Shown here: piece by piece, positions 26,921 to 36,398 of the stretch
Layout: every line of letters starts with the position of its first letter
Numbering within the stretch: the first letter of the stretch is position 1
Assembly (NCBI GenBank): GCA_050949565.1
Contig: JBMNFY010000015.1
Location: 1 to 64,000, forward strand
DNA from: Kiritimatiellia bacterium
GTDB lineage: Bacteria > Verrucomicrobiota > Kiritimatiellia > RFP12 > UBA1067
Length of the DNA: 64,000 nucleotides
Direction of reading: 5' to 3'
The notes under the pieces: generated by a model
What the model was told of the DNA's origin: nothing
The model's input: only the letters and a program-made list of their open reading frames with translations
Database searches by the model: none
Translations under genes and position numbers: made by a program

Positions 26921-29234
26921 TTTTTTAACGCAGAGGCGCAGAGACGCAGAGGTTTTTTGGGGGCATGGTTCGGGTTTTTTATCCACAGATTTTTTGTTTT
27001 GCCCGCAGGATGGGAGGGACGAGCGTCTGCTCGTCCGCGGGCAAGCAGACGCTTGCCCCTCCCGGTGCTGCGCGAGACGAATCATAGGCTGGAGGGCGAG
27101 CGTCCCTGCGAGCCGCCTTCCGCGTTGCGCGCGGAGGGAAAGTGGTGCCGCGACCCGCGCACAGCGCGGCCCTTGTCACCGCACTCCAGATCCCGGGCGA
27201 AAAATTTGGAGTGCGGCGGCAAGCGGTATCCCGCGCGACGCCGCTTTTTCGGCGTTCGACGTTCAGCGTTGGGCGTTCGGCGTTCACAAAACGGCGGCGT
27301 GGAACGCCGCCCGGACGGGCAGACGCTTGTCCCTCACGGCTCTCCGCGAGCCCGTACACCGCGCAGGTGGGGCTGCCGGTGACAATGCCCGCCGGTATCG
27401 ACCTGACAGCCGTGCGGGCGGCAATGGCGCTCGATAAAAAAAGGGCGGACGGCGAAATACGATTCGCGTTGCCCGCCGCGATCGGCGATGTGCGCACCGG
27501 AATCGCGGTCGACGACGCTCTTCTCGGTAATGTTCTGAGGTAGTTTTTTAACGCAGAGGCGCAGAGACGCAGAGGTTTTTTGGGGGCATGGTTCGGGTTT
27601 TTTATCCACAGATTTTTTGTTTTGCCCGCAGGATGGGAGGGACGAGCGTCTGCTCGTCCGCGGGCAAGCAGACGCTTGCCCCTCCCGGTGCTGCGCGAGA
27701 CGAATCATAGGCTGGAGGGCGAGCGTCCCTGCGAGCCGCCTTCCGCGTTGCGCGCGGAGGGAAAGTGGTGCCGCGACCCGCGCACAGCGCGGCCCTTGTC
27801 ACCGCACTCCAGATCCCGGGCGAAACATTTGGAGTGCGGCGGCAAGCGGTATCCCGCGCGACGCCGCTTTTTCGGCGTTCGACGTTCAGCGTTGGGCGTT
27901 CGGCGTTCACAAAACGGCGGCGTGGAACGCCGCCCGGACGGGCAGACGCTTGTCCCTCACGGCTCTCCGCGAGCCCGTACACCGCGCAGGTGGGGCTGCC
28001 GGTGACAATGCCCGCCGGTATCGACCTGACAGCCGTGCGGGCGGCAATGGCGCTCGATAAAAAAAGGGCGGACGGCGAAATACGATTCGCGTTGCCCGCC
28101 GCGATCGGCGATGTGCGCACCGGAATCGCGGTCGACGACGCTCTTCTCGGTAATGTTCTGAGGTAGTTTTTTAACGCAGAGGCGCAGAGACGCAGAGGTT
28201 TTTTGGGGGCATGGTTCGGGTTTTTTATCCACAGATTTTTTGTTTTGCCCGCAGGATGGGAGGGACGAGCGTCTGCTCGTCCGCGGGCAAGCAGACGCTT
28301 GCCCCTCCCGGTGCTGCGCGAGACGAATCATAGGCTGGAGGGCGAGCGTCCCTGCGAGCCGCCTTCCGCGTTGCGCGCGGAGGGAAAGTGGTGCCGCGAC
28401 CCGCGCACAGCGCGGCCCTTGTCACCGCACTCCAGATCCCGGGCGAAACATTTGGAGTGCGGCGGCAAGCGGTATCCCGCGCGACGCCGCTTTTTCGGCG
28501 TTCGACGTTCAGCGTTGGGCGTTCGGCGTTCACAAAACGGCGGCGTGGAACGCCGCCCGGACGGGCAGACGCTTGTCCCTCACGGCTCTCCGCGAGCCCG
28601 TACACCGCGCAGGTGGGGCTGCCGGTGACAATGCCCGCCGGTATCGACCTGACAGCCGTGCGGGCGGCAATGGCGCTCGATAAAAAAAGGGCGGACGGCG
28701 AAATACGATTCGCGTTGCCCGCCGCGATCGGCGATGTGCGCACCGGAATCGCGGTCGACGACGCTCTTCTCGGTAATGTTCTGAGGTAGTTTTTTAACGC
28801 AGAGGCGCAGAGACGCAGAGGTTTTTTGGGGGCATGGTTCGGGTTTTTTATCCACAGATTTTTTGTTTTGCCCGCAGGATGGGAGGGACGAGCGTCTGCT
28901 CGTCCGCGGGCAAGCAGACGCTTGCCCCTCCCGGTGCTGCGCGAGACGAATCATAGGCTGGAGAGCGAGCGTCCCTGCGAGCCGCCTTCCGCGTTGCGCG
29001 CGGAGGGAAAGTGGTGCCGCGACCCGCGCACAGCGCGGCCCTTGTCACCGCACTCCAGATCCCGGGCGAAAAATTTGGAGTGCGGCGGCAAGCGGTATCC
29101 CGCGCGACGCCGCTTTTTCGGCGTTCGACGTTCAGCGTTGGGCGTTCGGCGTTCACAAAACGGCGGCGTGGAACGCCGCCCGGACGGGCAGACGCTTGTC
29201 CCTCACGGCTCTCCGCGAGCCCGTACACCGCGCA
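26737..29234. repeat. Four tandem copies of a 623-bp unit (aroB 3' end plus repeat-rich downstream DNA)
   Basis: Units start at 26737, 27360, 27983 and 28606. The junction hexamer cgcgca recurs at 29229-29234. Confidence 0.97.
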
Positions 29235-29261
29235 TCGAAATCTCAATCGGCCTTTCACAGG

Positions 29262-29340
29262 GCGGGCGGGGACGTCCGCTCCCGACTGCGCACACGCAAA
29301 CTACACACTAAACTCGCATGACCCCTGTCACCAACCGATT
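29262..29340 (+). repeat. ~80-bp inverted repeat, partner at 31552-31632 (contains the truA start codons)
   Basis: gcgggcggggacg..cgctcccgactgcgcacac...actcgcATGacccctgtcac.aaccgatt occurs on opposite strands. Confidence 0.9.
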
Positions 29341-29352
29341 ACACAATCAGGC

Positions 29353-29381
29353 TTGAAGGCATGCGTCTCTTCCGGTATTAT
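29353..29381 (+). promoter_or_regulatory. Candidate sigma70 promoter for the AAA-ATPase gene
   Basis: TTGAAG-17 bp-TATTAT. Pattern match only. Confidence 0.35.
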
Positions 29382-29427
29382 ACTGACACTTATTTGCTAA
29401 TTATCTTTCAGTATGTTGAGGGATATT

Positions 29428-30690
29428 ATGGATAAATCGGTCATCAAGGGTCTTATCATTGAAAAACAGCGGGAGGTGCAGGAGGCGGAAATCATCCATC
29501 GCCCGCTCGATTTGGAGCAGTCCGCCAACTACGTCTTCGTCGGGCTGCGACGGGCCGGCAAAACTTATTTGATGTATCAACACATCCAAGACCTGCTCAA
29601 AAGCGGAAAGTGCGCCCCGGAGGACATTCTCTGTCTAAATTTTGAGGACGAACGTCTCGCAGGAATTGCGTCTTCCGATTTGAACACAATCCTCGACTGT
29701 TACCGTGAGCTGTTCGACCGAAAGCCCCTGCTTTTTTTGGATGAGATCCAAAACGTAGACGGATGGGAAAAATTTGTCCGGCGGCTTGCCGACTCCAAGT
29801 ACAGGGTCTTTGTTTCCGGCAGCAATGCCAAAATGCTCAGCAAAGAGATCCACACGACGCTCGGGGGCCGATTTATCTGTAAGGAAGTATACCCGTTTTC
29901 GTTCCGGGAATATCTGTGTTTCAACAAGCTGACCCTTACGGAAAATTGGGACGTCGACGGCGAGACGCGGGCACGTGTAGTCCGCCTTTTCGGCGATTAT
30001 TTCCAGTTCGGGGGATTTGCTGAAACGTTTTGCTTCAAAAACAAACGCGATTGGTTGAACTCGCTCTATCAAAAAATCCTACTTGGCGATATCATCCTCC
30101 GCAATGGCATTCGGAATGAAAACGCATTAAGACTGATGGTGCGGAAACTGGCCGAGAGCGTCATGCAACCCATGTCGCTGAACCGCCTGAAACATCTCCT
30201 CGACGCTTCGCATGCCCCGATCTCGCACAACACCCTTTCCGACTATCTCCGGTATCTCGAAGATGCCTACCTAATCTTCGGACTCCCCAATTACACAGCC
30301 AAATTCGCAGAGAAGGAAACCGTCAAAAAGAGATATTTCTGGGACAACGGTCTTCTCAATTTATTCCTCACCGACCCGTCGAGTCGGCTTTTGGAGAATC
30401 TTGTCGCACTCACGTTAAGGAAACGTTACGGGGACAACCTCTTCCATTACCGGCGCCCGACATCCGAGGTGGATTTTTTCATCCCCTCTGAACATCTCGC
30501 CGTGCAAGCGTCGCTGACCCTCTTAGACCATGCGACAAAGCAACGAGAAATAAAAGCGTTACTTGAGCTTTCAAACGCCTTCGATGTCAGAAGGCTTGAA
30601 CTTGTCACACTCGACAACGAAGAGGACGTTCACATCAACGGTCGCCTGATCTCCATCATTCCCATCTGGAAGTGGCTGCTTTCAGAATGA
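29428..30690 (+). CDS. ATP-binding protein, AAA_14 + DUF4143 type
   Basis: GLRRAGKT, LNFEDER, FLDEIQ, VSGSNAKMLSKEI.T.LGGR, GGFAE, K.YF.DNG, ENLV, EVDF, IPIWKWLL. Lower GC. Alternative start at 29413. Confidence 0.92.
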   Translation: MDKSVIKGLIIEKQREVQEAEIIHRPLDLEQSANYVFVGLRRAGKTYLMYQHIQDLLKSGKCAPEDILCLNFEDERLAGIASSDLNTILDCYRELFDRKPLLFLDEIQNVDGWEKFVRRLADSKYRVFVSGSNAKMLSKEIHTTLGGRFICKEVYPFSFREYLCFNKLTLTENWDVDGETRARVVRLFGDYFQFGGFAETFCFKNKRDWLNSLYQKILLGDIILRNGIRNENALRLMVRKLAESVMQPMSLNRLKHLLDASHAPISHNTLSDYLRYLEDAYLIFGLPNYTAKFAEKETVKKRYFWDNGLLNLFLTDPSSRLLENLVALTLRKRYGDNLFHYRRPTSEVDFFIPSEHLAVQASLTLLDHATKQREIKALLELSNAFDVRRLELVTLDNEEDVHINGRLISIIPIWKWLLSE

Positions 30691-30696
30691 TCGCAG

Positions 30697-30792
30697 AGGC
30701 TCTTGCAAACCCCTCGTGGCATGGGCGTTCCGCCCATGAAACACGGGCAAGATGCCCGTGCCACACCTGCAAGCAAGAAGTCTTTCAAGAGC
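30697..30792. repeat. Copy of the 99-bp REP-carrying MITE with a degenerate right end
   Basis: aggctcttgcaaac...gtggcatgggcgttccgcccatgaaacacgggcaagatgcccgtgccac. Confidence 0.8.
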
Positions 30793-30800
30793 ACCCGCAG

Positions 30801-31574
30801 TCACCGATACCAGACGCGCCACAGGAACAGGCCTTGCGGCGCGGCTGACGGCACACGCGCCTTGCGCGGCGCGCATGCGTCCAGCAACTCTTTGACCGCT
30901 TCCGGCGGTTCGGCCCCCTCGCCTACGCGCAGCAGAAAGCCCACCATGCTGCGCACCTGCTTGTAGAGGAACCCCTCACCGCTCACCCGAAAGGTAATCT
31001 CTTTGCCCCGGCGCGTAATCGTGAAACTGAAGATCGTGCGCACTGTGCTCTCGACCTCGCGCTGGGGGTTGGCCGTGAAGGAGGCGAAGTCGTGCCGCCC
31101 CACAAAATACGCGGCCGCCGTGCGCATCGCCGCCACATCGAGCGGTCGATACACGTGAGTCGCGTAGAGCCGTTTGTCCGGCAATACCAACGTGTCGTTC
31201 CACACGACGTACCGGTACTCCTTGCCGACCGCCGACCGCCGGGCATGAAAATCGGAACGCGCCAAGCTGACCTTAAGGATGCGGATGTCTTGTGGCAACC
31301 GCGAATTAAGCGCGCGTCCGATGGCCTCGGCCGACATCCGGCACGTCAGGTCCACATGCGCCACCTGGCCGCGCGCGTGTACGCTCCGGTCTGTGCGTCC
31401 GCTGCCGTGGACCTTGACGGAATGGCCAACAATCCCCTCCAAAACGTGCTCAATCGTCTGCTGCACACTCGGATGGTTCGGCTGCACCTGCCAGCCGGCG
31501 TAGGCGGTACCGTCATACGCGAGGGTCAGTTTGAAGCGCCGCGTAGGCGGCAATCGGTTAGTGACAGGGGTCAT
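30801..31574 (-). CDS. truA: tRNA pseudouridine(38-40) synthase
   Basis: LAYDGT.YAGWQVQ, GSGRTD..VHARGQV, FHARRSA, GFLYKQVR, PQGLFL. Confidence 0.96.
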   Translation of the reverse strand: MTPVTNRLPPTRRFKLTLAYDGTAYAGWQVQPNHPSVQQTIEHVLEGIVGHSVKVHGSGRTDRSVHARGQVAHVDLTCRMSAEAIGRALNSRLPQDIRILKVSLARSDFHARRSAVGKEYRYVVWNDTLVLPDKRLYATHVYRPLDVAAMRTAAAYFVGRHDFASFTANPQREVESTVRTIFSFTITRRGKEITFRVSGEGFLYKQVRSMVGFLLRVGEGAEPPEAVKELLDACAPRKARVPSAAPQGLFLWRVWYR

Positions 31575-31645
31575 GCGAGTCGAGTGCGTGTTTTGTGTGT
31601 GCGCAGTCGGGAGCGCGGGCGTCCCCGCCCGCAGAAAGTTGAAAG

Positions 31646-32728
31646 TTAAATGTACTTCGCGCCGTCAGGGCGATCCGCGATGCGACGCATCAGTTTTTTG
31701 ACATCCTCCGCGCGCTCCTTCGGACAAATCAACGTGGCAGTGTCGGAGTGGACCACGATCAGGCCGTCCACTCCAATCAATGCGGTCAGCCGGTTCTCGG
31801 AGACCACGATGTTGTTGACCGACTCGAAGGGCTCGCAGGCACCCACCACGACATTGCCGGCGGGGTCGGCTGTGAAGTGCCCGGCCACCGCCGGCCACGA
31901 CCCTACGTCGTCCCATCCGAACGCGCCGCAGGCCATCATGATGTTGTCCACATGCTCCATCACCGCATAATCAACCGATATCGCACGCAACGAGGGGTAA
32001 AGATCGCCCATCACGGCGTCGAGATCGGTCGGCGTTTCGGCTGCGGAAACCGCCTCGGAGAGCTTTGCCAAATCCGGCGCGTGTTGTTCGAGCGCCGCCT
32101 GCATCACTCCCGTCCGCCAGATGAACATTCCTGAGTTCCAGAAGAAATTGCCGCTCTCGACGTAGCGCGCCGCCGTGTAAGCGTCCGGCTTTTCGACAAA
32201 ACGCGTCGCCTTATGGAACCGTGTCACCGTATTCATCTCCATAGCGTCGCCGGTTTCAATATAGCCGAACCCGGTCGCCGGGGCAGTTGGCTGAATGCCG
32301 ATCGTCACGATTGAATCCTGCTTGCGGGCCACCTGAACGGCATCCGCCAGCGTCTGGCGGAATGTCTCGCCGTCACTCATCAAGTGGTCGGCCGTCAGAA
32401 TGCACGCGACGCCTTCGGGATCGCGCCGGTTCACCAAGCCGCAGGCCACCGCGACTGCCGGCGCGGTGTCACGCTTGCACGGCTCACCGACGATATTGGC
32501 GCGCGGCACATTCCAGGCCGCCTCTGCCGTGTTCTCAACGAGGTGCTGCGCCGTGATGATAAAAATCCGGTCGGGCGGAATCAGCCCTTGCAGCCGTTCG
32601 ACCGCCAGCGAGAGCAGCGGCCGTCCCCCGAACAACGAAATGAATTGCTTGGGACGCGCCTTTGTGCTGAGCGGCCAAAACCGCTCTCCGCTCCCGCCCG
32701 CCAAAATCACCGCATACGCATGTTCCAT
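31646..32728 (-). CDS. manC: Mannose-1-phosphate guanylyltransferase
   Basis: VILAGGSGERFWPLS..PKQF, EP..RDTAPA, ADH, TGFGYI, FVEKPD, WNSGMF, ISVDYAVME, WDDVGSW. No PMI domain. Confidence 0.93.
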   Translation of the reverse strand: MEHAYAVILAGGSGERFWPLSTKARPKQFISLFGGRPLLSLAVERLQGLIPPDRIFIITAQHLVENTAEAAWNVPRANIVGEPCKRDTAPAVAVACGLVNRRDPEGVACILTADHLMSDGETFRQTLADAVQVARKQDSIVTIGIQPTAPATGFGYIETGDAMEMNTVTRFHKATRFVEKPDAYTAARYVESGNFFWNSGMFIWRTGVMQAALEQHAPDLAKLSEAVSAAETPTDLDAVMGDLYPSLRAISVDYAVMEHVDNIMMACGAFGWDDVGSWPAVAGHFTADPAGNVVVGACEPFESVNNIVVSENRLTALIGVDGLIVVHSDTATLICPKERAEDVKKLMRRIADRPDGAKYI

Positions 32729-32814
32729 CCGTCAGCTTCCTTTCTTCTTGCAACTGCCTTGCCAGTTTTAGCACATGCATCATAGCACAACGCGCCGGGG
32801 CTTCAAATGGTAAT

Positions 32815-33105
32815 CGGTTTTTAACGCCCAACGCCCAACGCTCAACTTCCAACGCGCAAGTGGGCGGTACATGCGCCGCCGGGCAAGCAGACGCTTGCCC
32901 CTCCCAATGCTCCACAATGAAACCTGAAACCATCCTTCCGCACAGCGGAAGGCGGCTCGTGGGGACACTCGCCCTCCAAATCATTTTAATCATGTCGGGG
33001 AATGAAACCGTGATACACGGGCAAGATGCCCGTGCCACACCCTTTGCAAGACACGTTGTGAACTTATTACCTATTACTTCTTACTTATTACTTCCTCCCC
33101 GCTAT
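32815..33105. repeat. Composite REP-like element (32872-33058, closely related to 40020-40230) plus short repeats
   Basis: gggcaagcagacgcttgccc, ccttccgcacagcggaagg, cggctcgtggggacactcgccctcc, cacgggcaagatgcccgtg, (ttatta/ctatta)n. Confidence 0.85.
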
Positions 33106-33108
33106 TCG

Positions 33109-36100
33109 CTATTCGCTCGTTATTCGTACGTAAGTCGTAGCGCAACGGCGCGAAGCCAGCTCTCGCACACGGATTTGCCACAGGCCGCGCCGGTCGTTCG
33201 GAGCCAGATCAAGCGTGAGCGCGAGCTGTCCGCGTTCGGCGCCGTAATACCCGCTCCACTCCGCCTGCGCGCCGGCCGGATCGAGGATCTCGACACGCAC
33301 CGGTACCACGGCATCGATCGGCTTTCCTTCCGCGTCTACCACAGAAACCGTACAAGGCAGACGACCGCCGAGACGCGCCTCTTGCGCGACGTCGATGCGC
33401 ACGGCATCGATGGCGCGTTCCGTGACCATCAACACGCAGCCGTCGCAGGGACCGAAAGTACGCGCAACGCTCAGCCGCCCATCCTGCACTTTCGCATCCA
33501 AGATGCGCCCTTCCGTCAGGTCGTACACATGCCCCGAGGGACGCGTCAACGACAGCACGGCCTCTGTCGGCAAGCCGTTCTCCATCACCAAACCATGCTG
33601 CCCGACGTAATCGCCGAACTCGCGCCGGTCATTGACAGCAAAGAGGTAATCGGTAGAGCCGTACGAACGGCAGCGGGGCACCACGTCGGGCGTTGAGGCG
33701 TCGCAATAACGCCGGTAACGCGCGTCGAGCGCCGCACGCAACTCGGCGGATTTGGCGATCAAAGCGGCGCGGTCCTCGTCCGCCTTGCGCGTCCGCGTGT
33801 AACTCGCGAGCGTGATGTCGGCGCGGATGGCCGGGCAGAGGCGTTCATCGCCCACCACCACTCCGCCCCGCGCCTGAAACGCCTTGACCGCAGCCGCCAC
33901 ATCGGCCGTCAGCACATCGCAGTCCATCATGACCAACACGCGGTACTTGTCCAATCCGTGTGCCTTCACGGTTTCATCGTAGATGATCTCAGGTTGGAGA
34001 TGCGCCCACAGCAACATCTGATAGGCGTCGCCGGACCACCCGCCGCCCCATCCGTAAGTTCCGCGCCGCGCGAACATCTGCGACGCGAAGCTTTCCAGAA
34101 ATGCAACATCGCTGGGCCGGTCGGGGACTTGCAGCAAGGTGGGTCCCAGCGGCTCCACGACCTCTTTGATCAGGCGGCGCAGCTCATGCTGCGTCTGCGG
34201 ATGGGTGTAACGGTAGGAGCCTTCACCACTCTGCGGCACCAACGATCCCCAGCCATGATACATGATGCCGCGCACCGGCCTGGCCAGTTTGGTCCAGAAC
34301 GCTTCACGCAGATGCATGGGCGCGATGGTCGGGAATGCCGCATCGGGATCGGTGTCCTCCCACGGCGAGGCGGGTGCTTTTCTGACCTCGTCTCCTTTGG
34401 CGATCGGTGCCGTCTGCGAGCGGTACCAGATGATCTGGGTCATCTTCATGACCTGTTGCGGCTGAGCGGCACCGCGCGCCATGGCAAATAGTTCGTCGGT
34501 CGCCACGCCGATGCGGATCGGATCGGGATAGGAGTAGGTCCACTGCGACAGGATATCCGCGCTCCCGCCGCTTCCGTAGACGCTCGCCACACGCACCGCC
34601 GGATCGTGGAATGTCCAAAGTCCTTCCCGCCCGGTCGACCGGAGCCCCCGGTGCAACTCGGAGTTCATGCGGTTCCAGCCGTCGCCCTCTTTCCAATACC
34701 AAGAGAGGAAGCGCAAAAGCGGATGGTCATCAGGGATCACCCTGTCAGACGGGAAGTCGCTCAGCTTGATGTACTCCACACCGTTCTTGTTCGGTGCATT
34801 CGTTGGATAGTCAGAACCGGTCGCGCGCTGGCACGCCTCGCGGTCATGCGCGTGCCAGCAGACGTTTGCGCCGTCACGCACCTCGGTATGCAGCAGAGCT
34901 GCCTGCCAGGCCGGAAAGTCGCTGTAGGCCTGCGCCACCGACGCGCCTACATTGAAGGCGAACGTCTGCATTTCGGGGAACGCCGCACAGAGCGCCGGTC
35001 TGTTGTCGTTGCTGACGCCCTTGCGATCCACGCGCCGGAACTCCGGCTTGGCGTTGGCCGCCCAGTGACCGGGCGAGAGCGTCGCGATGATGCCGACATC
35101 ATGCGCCAGCGCGGTGTCCAGCATCTGCTTGACCGCCGCGACGCGCTCAGGCGTCTCGGGCTCAACCGGCTGCCCCGCGTCAAAGATGCGCTTGAAATCC
35201 GCGCCGAACCCCAGACAGTGCGTGAACCCGATTTCCGTCAGGCGCGGTAGCTCGCGCATGACGTTGCCCGCTCCGTAAAGGCCCCATATCACTACCGGCA
35301 TGCGCGGTGGACGACGCGGCATCAGCGTGAACGTCACGCTCTCTTCGCTCACATAAGGATCGCTCGCCTCCTTCAAAGGGGTCTCGACGCGCAGTCGTAG
35401 TGTATAACTGCCGGGACGCAGCGCCGTATCGACCGGCACCTCGATCGTCCGGCTCTCACCCGCCGCGAGTTCTGGTATCTGGTGGTGCGCGGCTTCGCGT
35501 CCCTCGACCGTGCAGAGCACAGAGATGTTGTGCGCGGCCTCACGCTGGGCATTGGCCAGTTTGAAACGCAAGGCCGGCGTCTTTTCCATACGCACAAACA
35601 CGCTGCGGTCGGATGTCAGGGCCAATGTGACCGGACGAAACTCCAACGCGCCTTGACATAGACGTACCTGCGTCAGGTATCCCGGAAAGCCATGATAGTA
35701 GCTGCCGATGCGGTCGCCGATGGAGAGCGGATGACCGCCCGACGCGATACGCCCGCGTCCCGTCCGGGTGACCGTCCCCTGCGCGGTGCCGTCCCTGAAA
35801 AACCGCACGGTGCCAGCGCCGTCGTAGGTGACCGCGAGATGCGTCCAGATGTTCGTCGCAAACACCGAGGGCTCCGAACTATACACTTCCGAATCGTCGC
35901 CGAAACCGAGCCGCAGATAGGCGCGCCGCTGACCGCTTTTATCGGCGGCTCCCAGCGTCCATTGGTAATCCGTGTGCGCCACGTACTTCTTGTCGATCAA
36001 GAACGCTTCGGGATAATCGACAAATTCAGGCTTCGGCTTGATCCACATCTCCAGCGTGAACGCGCCCCGGGGCGAGAGCGAGGTGTGGTTGGCGACGACG

Positions 36101-36375
36101 GCCGCGTGGCGTTTGTCTTCCACCGGCCAACCGCAGAACGACTCTAGGCAGGAACCCCAACGGGCATCCGGCACCAGCACGGTGCCGTGCAGCACCGCGT
36201 CGCGTCCCTTGCCCGATGCATCCTTCAGATCCGCGAAGGTCCACAGCCCCACCACCTTCTCGCCGGTCGCATCCGCGCCCGTGTAGGGCGACAGCCAATT
36301 CTCGCACGGCTGCTCCGCGCGCAGCATCCACACCGACACCGCCAGCGCACACGTCAATCTGACACCGTTTTTCAT
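33109..36375 (-). CDS. Large secreted protein: LamG-like domain + putative glycoside-hydrolase barrel + beta-galactosidase-trimerisation-like domain
   Basis: Signal peptide, FTLEMWIKP, W.HLAVTYDG...FF.DG, LSIG (LamG), LDKYRVLVM..CDVL...F..RGG.VV. The catalytic assignment is weak. Confidence 0.7.
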   Translation of the reverse strand: MKNGVRLTCALAVSVWMLRAEQPCENWLSPYTGADATGEKVVGLWTFADLKDASGKGRDAVLHGTVLVPDARWGSCLESFCGWPVEDKRHAAVVANHTSLSPRGAFTLEMWIKPKPEFVDYPEAFLIDKKYVAHTDYQWTLGAADKSGQRRAYLRLGFGDDSEVYSSEPSVFATNIWTHLAVTYDGAGTVRFFRDGTAQGTVTRTGRGRIASGGHPLSIGDRIGSYYHGFPGYLTQVRLCQGALEFRPVTLALTSDRSVFVRMEKTPALRFKLANAQREAAHNISVLCTVEGREAAHHQIPELAAGESRTIEVPVDTALRPGSYTLRLRVETPLKEASDPYVSEESVTFTLMPRRPPRMPVVIWGLYGAGNVMRELPRLTEIGFTHCLGFGADFKRIFDAGQPVEPETPERVAAVKQMLDTALAHDVGIIATLSPGHWAANAKPEFRRVDRKGVSNDNRPALCAAFPEMQTFAFNVGASVAQAYSDFPAWQAALLHTEVRDGANVCWHAHDREACQRATGSDYPTNAPNKNGVEYIKLSDFPSDRVIPDDHPLLRFLSWYWKEGDGWNRMNSELHRGLRSTGREGLWTFHDPAVRVASVYGSGGSADILSQWTYSYPDPIRIGVATDELFAMARGAAQPQQVMKMTQIIWYRSQTAPIAKGDEVRKAPASPWEDTDPDAAFPTIAPMHLREAFWTKLARPVRGIMYHGWGSLVPQSGEGSYRYTHPQTQHELRRLIKEVVEPLGPTLLQVPDRPSDVAFLESFASQMFARRGTYGWGGGWSGDAYQMLLWAHLQPEIIYDETVKAHGLDKYRVLVMMDCDVLTADVAAAVKAFQARGGVVVGDERLCPAIRADITLASYTRTRKADEDRAALIAKSAELRAALDARYRRYCDASTPDVVPRCRSYGSTDYLFAVNDRREFGDYVGQHGLVMENGLPTEAVLSLTRPSGHVYDLTEGRILDAKVQDGRLSVARTFGPCDGCVLMVTERAIDAVRIDVAQEARLGGRLPCTVSVVDAEGKPIDAVVPVRVEILDPAGAQAEWSGYYGAERGQLALTLDLAPNDRRGLWQIRVRELASRRCATTYVRITSE

Positions 36376-36398
36376 ACGTTTCCTCCGCCAGTCGGTTC

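Noticed and set aside
26957-29400. Repeated 124-172-aa ORFs, including extra aroB C-termini
   Set aside because: They arise from the 623-bp amplification and REP DNA, with no credible starts.
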